From Diplonema japonicum (taxonomy: Eukaryota > Protista > Euglenozoa: Diplonemea), in the NCBI GenBank assembly GCA_964019335.1, contig OZ025697.1, positions 372,001 to 436,000 of the forward strand: a DNA stretch of 64,000 nucleotides, read 5' to 3'. Below the pieces are notes generated by a model, which saw only the letters and a program-made list of their open reading frames with translations, ran no database searches and was not told the origin of the DNA. The translations under genes and the position numbers were made by a program. Below are positions 55,377 through 64,000 of this stretch, in pieces. The first letter of the stretch is position 1; every line of letters starts with the position of its first letter.

Positions 55377-55838
55377 TAAAAAAAAAAACCCCCCTCCCCA
55401 TAGACGGGGAGTTGCGTTTATTTCTTCTTTCGCGCTCAGATTTGAGTTGAAAAAAAAGAAAAGAAAAAGGAGGGGTGGGAGGGAAGAACACTAGGGTTAA
55501 TAACTATACCTAACAGGGGATTTTCTTTTTGTTTGGAAAATGAAAGCCAAATCCCCCTGCTTCTGGATACGAAGCCTGGGGGGGGGTGCCACATCATTTT
55601 TACTTTTATCTTATGTTACTTTTTACTGTGCGCGCCCGTTTGAGAATGGTAATAAAGAAAGGGGGGGAAAAAAAATTGGCTCTTTATTATCAACATATTC
55701 AACCCGAGTGCAACAACAAAAAAGAAAAGAAAAAAAAAGAAGAACAAAAAAAGCAGGGTGAGCAGCGAGGGCTTCAATTGGCAATTAAGTAGTTTTGATT
55801 CAACCCGAGTCACTTGGTCACTCACTGCTGCTCATAGC

Positions 55839-55945
55839 AGCTCTCAAGACCTGGATCAGCCTCATAAAATATCGCTCGTGTAACTTTTGCCTGAAACATG
55901 AGGATTTTCATAATCGTGCCCTTTATGAGGCCCTCGGTCTGCGAG
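55839..55945 (-). ncRNA. Second candidate AGA-box hairpin RNA
   Basis: AGACC/GGUCU lower stem, GAGG/UGAUCCA internal loop, perfect GCCUCAUAAA/UUUAUGAGGC upper stem, and AGA 14 nt downstream. Confidence 0.4.
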
Positions 55946-56315
55946 CGAACAAAATGACGAAAAGGGTGACACAAGAAAAAAAAAAAAAAAAAAAGAAATC
56001 TGGATAAAAGCCCCCACTGCCGACCCTGCCTAACCATAAGAGTTCAGTTGAAAATCATCAACAAAGTGATGCCTCGTACCAGTAAGAAGAGAGAAATAAA
56101 AAAGAAAAATAAAAGAAGAAAGGTAACTATCTCGTTGTTGTTGTTGTTTGGTGTGAGTTGTCAGCATTAATGAGCATAAGCCCAGCGGCAGCAAGCTAGA
56201 GGGAGGAAGAAAATTCGGCAGGTCTCTTGTGCAGAGGGGAGAGGTGGGTGCGCACTATTCATAAAGAAACCGATGCCATAATAACTAATTAAACTCAACA
56301 AAGCAAAGCACGCAC

Positions 56316-58958
56316 TCAGAAGGGGGATGGTGCCTCAGAGTACCTTCCGGGGGAGGCTGCTGCCGAATATCTACGCGTAGCGTCCGGAAGCTCATAACCC
56401 CCAGAAAGAGAGAGGCTCAGCTCATTGCCAATGTCTTTGACAGCCCAGCCGTCAGGGGTCGTGAGGAGGGTGTCTATCTTCTGGGTGGTGAAGGGTCGAG
56501 GGAGGGACAGGTCGCCTTGAAGGATTGCCACAACCTTCAGAAGGGAGGGATCCTTCTCAGAGAGTGTCTTGAGAGCTGCTATATTCCTCGAGGCGAAAGC
56601 ATCTTTGTACAGAGGGGACCAGGAGTCGGGGACAGGGCCATCGAAGATGTTCCACACACCTTGCACAAGGGCGAAAGTTTGCAGGTTCAGCTGATAAACT
56701 GTCATCCCATCCCATGTGTCGATTGGACGCGTGTGTACTTGCAGAGAGGTGTCCAGGACTGCCCCAGCAGTGCTGCTTCTTCTTCCGCTCCCGTCTCCAG
56801 CGGCCGCAGCTTCAGCTGCAGAGCCAGCAAGGAGGCAGGTGGTTCCGAAGCCTACAGCTGCATCGGCCAGTGCCCTGCTCACCTCCACACACCCACCGAT
56901 TGTTGTCATGAAGCGCTGCTTCGTATTTCCCATCATCCCATGCAGGACACGGCCCCCACACAGTCCCACCGTCACCTGCCCTGCCCACCCTGACCCCTCA
57001 AGTGCCCCGTACACATTGAGTGCGAACTTCCCCGACTGCGCCGCATGCATCACACACTTCTTGCTGGTGTTCCACCCGACAAGAACTGTGCCGCTGCACA
57101 GTGCCGTCACCACCCCGTCCGTCCTGTTCACCCCGTCCAGCACCACTCCCAGCACCTCCCCCACTGCGTCCACAACACTCCCGACCTTCAGTATCTCGCT
57201 GAACTCGATTCGTGTTGTCCCCATGGTCCCCACAGCTTGCGTCAGCTTGTTCTTGGTGATACCTTTCCCGTGCTGCGGTGTTGCCCCTTGCTGCCTTCTT
57301 AGTGTCGCTTGTGAGTTGTTCGATTCGTTGCTGGACCTGAGGTTCACATGTTTCCGCTTCTCCACCGCCTTCTCCAGGTCCCCAACACGTTGTTTGAGCT
57401 TCGTGGGAACAAGAAGCACAATGGGGACACTTCCCACCCCCTTCAGGAGCTGGTGTCCGATCTTCAGTGTTGCAGGGTTTCCTACATCTTGTAGACCTCC
57501 AACTTGTTCCAGCTTTTCAAGCACCTCCTCAGTGACAGCAACAGCTCCCCCGACAGAGACTGCCTCCACCCTTGCTGTCTTGTTCACTGTGGGTCCCATG
57601 TAGTCGGTCCTCCCTGTTGTCGGGTTCACCTCCAGACGAGCCGGTCCGGTGTGTACTCCAATCCTCACCCGCAGCCCCTTCCAAGCCCCCCCACAGGCCT
57701 TGCAGAGAGGGTGTTCCAAGAGGGACGAGGGCCACGGTTGTGCCACAAGCTCTTCTTGCGCCATCAAGCTGAAGCGGACTGCATCCTCCACAGCATCAAA
57801 GGCCACCATGAAGGCATCCCCGATCGTCTTCACCTCGTACCCGTTCGTCCTGTAGATGCACTCCCGCATCGCCTGGTTGTGCAAGTCCATCGCAGTCCGC
57901 ATCGCAGTCGTGTGCTTCTCCCAGATGTCTGTCGATGACTGGATGTCGGTGAAGGCGATTGTCACTGACCCTTCCCCACCCATTCCAGGGGGGTTCTGCC
58001 GCACAGGGAAATGTTTGAAAATGCAATCACCCTCCATGTCGTGCAGGTCACTGGTGCTGTCAGAGAGGTGTGAGAAGAGGGCATCAGGGAGGTAAGGTTT
58101 GTAGAGCTTCAGGTTTGCGATGAGGGAGAGGAAGGCCTCTTGCAGCTCACTGGAGCCCCCTTTTTGCCCCCTCAAAAGGTGGTGTTCAGCTGCATCGAGA
58201 TCGAACTTCACGAGGGACGCAGCAACACGGTTCGCCATGTTCACGTCCTCCTCAGACTTCTGCTGCTCGGAACGCATTCCGTGCGCGAAGTTGCGTGTCA
58301 TCACGAAGTCTGCGTAGAAGACGAAGAGGCGCATGGGGAAAACAAGTGAAAACCAGTAGCTGCCCTGCGCCTCGCGAGGGTAGCTGTCAGGATCGTAGGA
58401 GGAAGGGACGATGTCGTAGAGGCCGAAGCGGAAGCCTTCTTCAACGGTTTTAAGAGCGACATAGAAAAGGATGACCCCGCAGGTGATGAGGGCGGTGGTG
58501 TCGCGACAGCAAGTGAGCAGCAGAACGTCCATGATGAGGACAGCACCTGTCCAGGCATCGAGCTTGCCGTAGACAAGGAGATCGCCGAAGAGGAAGAGCG
58601 TCATGCCGATGGAGATGATGAAGAACTCTGCGACGCCCACTGGGCAGGTCTTCGTGTGGATAATGTAGATGAGAAAGCACAACGACAGGATAGCACGCAT
58701 CCCCGACATGAACAGGGCGTTGTACCAGTTGATGGTGACAAGGCTGTGCGATGCAATCATGACGGACGCCACGAAGATGATCACAATCATAGGGAACAGG
58801 ATGCCCTTCCTAGCCCGCATGGAGGGGTCGTCTTCAGGACTCTCCACCCATGACATCAGCCATCTGTAGAAGCTTCTTTTTGACGGTGTTTGTCTTGCTT
58901 CTTCTGAGTTGCAGCTCTCCACATCATATCGATAGGCGTGGTCCGGACTGCTGGCCAT
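56316..58958 (-). CDS. Receptor-type adenylate cyclase, copy 4
   Basis: Same architecture and catalytic motifs. Confidence 0.93.
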   Translation of the reverse strand: MASSPDHAYRYDVESCNSEEARQTPSKRSFYRWLMSWVESPEDDPSMRARKGILFPMIVIIFVASVMIASHSLVTINWYNALFMSGMRAILSLCFLIYIIHTKTCPVGVAEFFIISIGMTLFLFGDLLVYGKLDAWTGAVLIMDVLLLTCCRDTTALITCGVILFYVALKTVEEGFRFGLYDIVPSSYDPDSYPREAQGSYWFSLVFPMRLFVFYADFVMTRNFAHGMRSEQQKSEEDVNMANRVAASLVKFDLDAAEHHLLRGQKGGSSELQEAFLSLIANLKLYKPYLPDALFSHLSDSTSDLHDMEGDCIFKHFPVRQNPPGMGGEGSVTIAFTDIQSSTDIWEKHTTAMRTAMDLHNQAMRECIYRTNGYEVKTIGDAFMVAFDAVEDAVRFSLMAQEELVAQPWPSSLLEHPLCKACGGAWKGLRVRIGVHTGPARLEVNPTTGRTDYMGPTVNKTARVEAVSVGGAVAVTEEVLEKLEQVGGLQDVGNPATLKIGHQLLKGVGSVPIVLLVPTKLKQRVGDLEKAVEKRKHVNLRSSNESNNSQATLRRQQGATPQHGKGITKNKLTQAVGTMGTTRIEFSEILKVGSVVDAVGEVLGVVLDGVNRTDGVVTALCSGTVLVGWNTSKKCVMHAAQSGKFALNVYGALEGSGWAGQVTVGLCGGRVLHGMMGNTKQRFMTTIGGCVEVSRALADAAVGFGTTCLLAGSAAEAAAAGDGSGRRSSTAGAVLDTSLQVHTRPIDTWDGMTVYQLNLQTFALVQGVWNIFDGPVPDSWSPLYKDAFASRNIAALKTLSEKDPSLLKVVAILQGDLSLPRPFTTQKIDTLLTTPDGWAVKDIGNELSLSLSGGYELPDATRRYSAAASPGRYSEAPSPF

Positions 58959-59493
58959 CACACCTGGAATAAGGGACTATGATAAAGAGAAACAAAAAAG
59001 AAGAGAGAAGGATCAAAAGGTATAGAAACAAAAACAATAGCCATTTTTTTTTAAATTCTTATTTAATGTTCTTGGGGGGGGGGGGGGAAGAGGGTTCTTT
59101 CTTTTTGGAAAAAAAAAATGCGATGTCACATGCAAACTCCGCGCGAGAGCCGCAGGCCCCTAAAGGGGGAGGGGAATGGTCAGTACTAGGTAGCTCTCAG
59201 CTTCAAATCTCGCGACTCCTCCAGATGCTGACCTCATCAGGCGAGAGGGAGAACTGTTCCCGACCAAAAAAAAAAAGGAAAGAAAAATGCTGTAATAAAG
59301 AAAATCAGCGGGAGGGGGGGCAGAAACAGTTCAGACGTTCTGGCCCTCAGAATGGTTTAAGAAGAAGGAGGGAAAAAAAGTGCCTCAAAATAAACCATTA
59401 AAAATTATCTGTGTGCATATAAAGCCCCCTCCCCCTCCCCCTCACCCCGTTGGAAAACGTAGGTTTCATCACACCATTCCTCTTTTACCCCTC

Positions 59494-60291
59494 TTAGTTA
59501 ATGATATTGTTTTTGTTCATACTTAGAGAGCTCCTCTTGGAACGGTAGGTTTCAAGCCATCGTGCCCGAAGTGCATCGTCACCACTCTGTTCCCTGCGCA
59601 AGGCGGCGAGGTTAGAGCCGCGCCTCATGGGCGTCTCACCGTACTGCTCTCTGTACTTTGTCAAGGCCGCCTCCTTAGAAGAGACCTCAGACATCATCAT
59701 GGCCACCGCAGGTACGGGCTGCACAACGTTCCTATGCGCAGCCGCTGGTCGTTTCTGCCTAAATTCGTCAAGATATTTTTGCTTCGCGGTACCAATGCAC
59801 ACAGCAGGAGTTTGGTAATGGTATGCTGCAGGCTGAGCTGATGTGTGGTATATATAAGGACGCTGCTTTGTGTTTCTATCGAGACCCACGTGTAGTTCAG
59901 GCATTACGTCGTCGATGGCTTTTTTCATTTCGTTTGATATCTCGCCCGGTTGTTCTAGGATTCTTTCTGCAGCATCGGTTCCACCGTATTTTGCAAAGAA
60001 ATTTTTAAAAACGCATTCCGGGTTGGTGAAGGTGACACCGTCGTCCCAGCCCAGGCCTGCGTACCCATAGCGGTCATATTTGTCCTTCAGGTCCTCGTTC
60101 CCCAGGACCTCCCATGCGTTGCAGATTTTTGCGAAAGCCTCCCAGTCCCCTCCCCGGGTCCTCCTCGGGTGGGTTTTTAACGCCATCTCTCTGAACCCTT
60201 TCCTCACCTCTTTTTGGTACGCGTTCCTGTCGATGCTCAACAGTCGGTAAGGGTCGTCACCTTCGCTTACTGCTGCGTTTCGAAGGGGCAT
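59494..60291 (-). CDS. J-domain-like protein with HPR replacing HPD
   Basis: DPYRLL...VRKGFREMALKTHPRR...FAKICNAWEVL...YDRYG. Confidence 0.88.
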   Translation of the reverse strand: MPLRNAAVSEGDDPYRLLSIDRNAYQKEVRKGFREMALKTHPRRTRGGDWEAFAKICNAWEVLGNEDLKDKYDRYGYAGLGWDDGVTFTNPECVFKNFFAKYGGTDAAERILEQPGEISNEMKKAIDDVMPELHVGLDRNTKQRPYIYHTSAQPAAYHYQTPAVCIGTAKQKYLDEFRQKRPAAAHRNVVQPVPAVAMMMSEVSSKEAALTKYREQYGETPMRRGSNLAALRREQSGDDALRARWLETYRSKRSSLSMNKNNIIN

Positions 60292-61100
60292 GGTGGGAGG
60301 AGGTTTCCCTTTTTTTTTTCTTCTTTTTTTTTCTCGGTTTGCAAAGTAAGCAAAAATACGAAGAATAATAATAATAAAAAATAGTGATTATTTGAAAATA
60401 GAATACCGTTCCGTGTGAGGTGTTTACATATAAAAAAAGAGGGGGGGGTATGGAGAGGACTGTTAACGTTGGGAAAAAAAAAACAAAAAAAAGGGAGGAG
60501 GGGTGTGTCATTTTTTTTTCCCGTTAGCTTAGCAGTTCGTTAAACAAACCACAATCTGGGAGGAAGGGGGAGGTAATGGGAATAAGTACTGGAGGGGAGA
60601 CACCCCCTTTTTTAAAAAAAAAATTTTTTTTTTCTCTTCAAAACACAGACAGGTATACCGTGTGTGCAGCAAGATTTCAAGCGGTCATTTTTTTTACTTC
60701 TCTCCCTCATTTTTTTTCTGGGGGGGGGAAACAAAAGCCACTCGATAGGGGAAGGTTTTCCTTAATATTCTCATTACATTAAGTATTTACTTTTCCCTAA
60801 GAACAAAGAGGGGGGGGGGTTTTTTCTTAAAAAGAAAGGGAGGGGGGAAGTAATTTTCTTTTCCTTATTCTTTTCTCCTCTTTATCAACATCACTATGAT
60901 TGGGGGAGGGGAGGGAGACCGTCAGCAAGTGACTAGCAACAATAGAAAACGTGATAATATACTTTAAAAAAAAAAAAAAAAACAGAACTCAATCTCAGTG
61001 TTTTTCTTTTCTTTTCTTTCCTTCTACCTTCTTTCTTTGGGGCATATGGGTCAGGGTGCCGAAGTTAAAGAATTTCTTTCCGCCATTTTTTTTTTTTTAA

Positions 61101-62886
61101 CCATCTACCAACGGACCATTTTTGCCCACCAGGGGGTAAATTTTCAAAACTTCAAAAAAAGCTATTCCAGCGCAACGCCGGGGCTATATGCCCCCAGAAA
61201 TGCCTCCAGATGTCCCAATTCTAGAGAGAGGGTGCCCACGGCAGGGTTCACCCCCACAACATTGTCAAAAATATCGTTCCTGAAGTGCCCGAGAGGGGAT
61301 ACAAAACAAGTCAAAAAAATCGACTGTAAAATTCTATAAAAAGCTATTTATTAAGGCCTTCTTGACGCGGTTCGTATGTGCCCCAGGGCTGGGGGACTTC
61401 TTTTTTGACCCCGGGAGGGGTTTCTGGGGGGTATCCCCGGCAAGGTGGTAGTCTTTGAAGCACGGAGTCACGCAAAGTTGTACCAAGCAGGCTGAACACT
61501 GAAATAGGGGTCTTTTCGACTTGCAATGCTTGCACCGCACGTTGCACTACTTTTTCGGGGAAATGGTCCCAGAAGGTACTGTCACGGCGCATTGGGGTCT
61601 CAGAGCACTCGTTCTGTGTTTCGGGGCATGGTATTGGGGCAGCCTGCTCTGTAGTTGACTTTATCTGTTGTTTAGACTGCCTCCCTAGTAGCCCTTCGAT
61701 GACTGCCTCTTTGAAAGGCGTAAATCCACTGTCGTTCGTACTCAGGGCGTTGGGGGGCAAGGCTTCTTTCCAAACAAGCCAAGCATTCGCCAGAGATTTA
61801 CCTAACAAGTACAAAAATACTTTTAGGGGCCACTTTTAAGTCATAAGGGAGCGTTTATGGCGTTTTGTCACAGCATCACCCAGCGTCGGTTCCGCCCATT
61901 GCGGTGTTGTAAATATGCACTTGGTGGGGGCGGGATGTCCTTTCCGGCTTTCATTCTCTTTTGGCGGACACGTCAAATTCGACTTCACCGGAACATCCAA
62001 CGTCGATAGAAAGCACGCTGGCATGATGTCATGCCACGTTGTGGTGTAAAGGATGCTCGCGTGCTGGTGGAACTGGGTGTCCCCACGGGATGCGCGTCCT
62101 TGGCATGCGGCCTCGCTTCTTTGGGGCATCCATGATCTCCGGGAGAGATTGCGATAAGTAGAAGTCAGCACGCTTGTTTGTTTCGCTGTGGAAACACAGA
62201 TTTCCCAGAATAGTCAAAAAGCGGTCTCTTGACATGACGGTGGCGTACCCAGGGGTGTAGTTGAGAGACGTGGAGCCAGTGTGCCAGTAATCAGAATAAT
62301 CTGGCTTGATATCCAAGTCCATCGACAAAAGGACACCTAGGAAGGTATGCAGAGAAGCAGCATTGAGATCCAGGGAGACACCTTTTTTAGCCGCATTTGC
62401 CACATTGTTCGAAGTTATGACCCGAATAACGTTTGGGACGAGCATTTGGAGAATATATGGTATGGCATTGAGCCTTTGATGTCAAAACAGGGTCCACAAG
62501 GATTTCGATCTTCACGAAACCGGATGCCTTCCAACTGCTCCGGCTTTGCCGTCCAATCACCCTGCTGTGACTCGGAATCGGTCGAATTCGTATCAGAATC
62601 ACTGTTTGTATCAAAATTGCATAATAGGGATGAGCCATCAGTCCTCTTCCAGCCTCTTTCCGGGCGCCTTTTTTTGAAGTGATTTTTAAGGGTAAATTTG
62701 GGCTGGCGTTTTTTTTCATTTTTTCATTTTCTTGTTAAGTTAGGGCAGCATTTAGTTTATTTTTTTTCATATTTTCCGCGCAGGACCCCGCCGGCAAGAA
62801 AGGGCCGGGCCGTATTGCATTGAAAGCCCTTTGCGTAAAAGATTTTTTTTCAAATCGTCTATATATAGACGCTCGTTGATAGATGG
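61101..62886 (-). mobile_element. Decayed piggyBac transposon (1786 bp) with a transposase pseudogene
   Basis: TTAA TSDs; 13-bp TIR with one mismatch. Frameshifted fragments FLGVLLSM..DYW..MSRDRFLTIL, LANAWLVWK and a C-terminal RCKHC...CSAC...LCVTPCFKDYH. The DDD core appears deleted. Confidence 0.93.
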
Positions 62887-63108
62887 TTAAATGATTCAGA
62901 AGGTGCCGATTGAGAACTTTAAGAAGAAGAAAAAGACGTTCTTTGTGATTTTTTTTCTTTTTTTTTATAAAAGTCTTTTGTTGTTCGCACGAGCAAAAAA
63001 GATTTAAATATTTTTTTTAAAACAGCACATGCGAAAGTTAACAAAAGCAGATTTTTTTTTTTCCTTTCATTTTTAGAGAAATAATTTTGTAACAAGAAAA
63101 GAGAGAGG

Positions 63109-63169
<61 letters not shown>

Positions 63170-63443
63170 ATGTCTCTAAATATTGGGAGACCAACATAAA
63201 AATTTGAGATGTTTTTTTTTTTTTCTTTTTTTTTTTTTTCATTCTTCTAGAAATGCTGACGAAAGGGGGCTTAGGTCACTGTTGTAGGGGGGGGGAATAG
63301 GAAGAAAGAAATCAAGAACAGGAAAAGAAAAAGCGAAACATGTCTTGTCAACTACAATGTCTAACCTTTTCTTTTCTTTTTTTTTCCTTTTTTTTCAAAG
63401 CACTGCTCAAGACTTTTATAAAAGTAGTTATTTTTGTTGCGTT

Positions 63444-63475
<32 letters not shown>

Positions 63476-64000
63476 AAAAAAAAAAATAGCATTACGCTAG
63501 AAACGTAACCATTTTTCGTTTTTTTTTCTCTTTTTTTTTCCCCCCCTTTATCTCCGCGTTCCTTATATCCATGTACGAGTCTCGTTATTCACTCCACACA
63601 CTAAACTTGTTAGAAAAAAAATCACAATTAAATAGAATATTAAGGAATTGCGGAGAAAAAAAAAGGGGGGGGGGAAGGGGAAAAAAACTGGATATTGGGA
63701 GGCACAGACGGGACTTTCAGGGCGGCTTTTTTTTCTACCAACTTCATTATCGCAAGTCCTTGCGCTTTCTCTCACCTGGTGTTTCCGGCCGTTCCCCTCT
63801 CCAAGAAAAAAAAAAAAGTTGTCTGCAATTTAAAGCAGTATCGGGGTTTAAAGATAGAGAAAAAGAAAGAAAAAAACTAGTTTGGCGCTTCACTTGTTGT
63901 GCGCACGAGCGAGATTTTACCTAATAAAATAGCTCATCACGCTGCCAACAACTAGTTTTTAGTCTCGACAACAACATTGTTAAAAAAAATAAAAATAAGA

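Noticed and set aside
59178-59245. CUGAUGA on the minus strand (hammerhead or C/D snoRNA)
   Set aside because: No GAAA after stem II, and no recognisable rRNA antisense element.
369-63924. Many short poly-Lys/poly-Phe ORFs and plus-strand ORFs
   Set aside because: They are translations of homopolymer spacers or antisense shadows of minus-strand genes.
1-64000. SL RNA gene, rRNA, tRNA or CRISPR array
   Set aside because: No matching sequence or repeat-spacer structure was seen by eye.

Overview
Eukaryotic nuclear DNA, most likely a euglenozoan. A diplonemid-like lineage is inferred, not proven. About 30 credible protein genes all lie on the minus strand, with spacers as short as 70 bp that are full of A/T/G/C homopolymers. 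This fits polycistronic transcription with SL trans-splicing. Unlike trypanosomatid genes, several genes carry tiny (37-63 nt) GTATG/GTGCG...AG cis-introns that are mostly A-rich and lack a polypyrimidine tract. The ORF track reads these as poly-Lys. Other highlights: a four-copy mosaic array of multi-TM receptor adenylate cyclases plus a pseudo-cyclase relative, and a tandem cluster of unusually long single-hairpin AGA-box (H/ACA-like) RNAs whose pocket matches LSU rRNA helix 69. There are several pseudo-enzymes (H+-PPase, Sep15, J-domain) and a tandem PPP-phosphatase pair with a converted 5' exon and a candidate micro-exon. Mobile DNA includes tail-less non-LTR retroposon fragments, a decayed piggyBac with its MITE, and a hAT-like MITE. 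All calls were made by eye; no searches were run.
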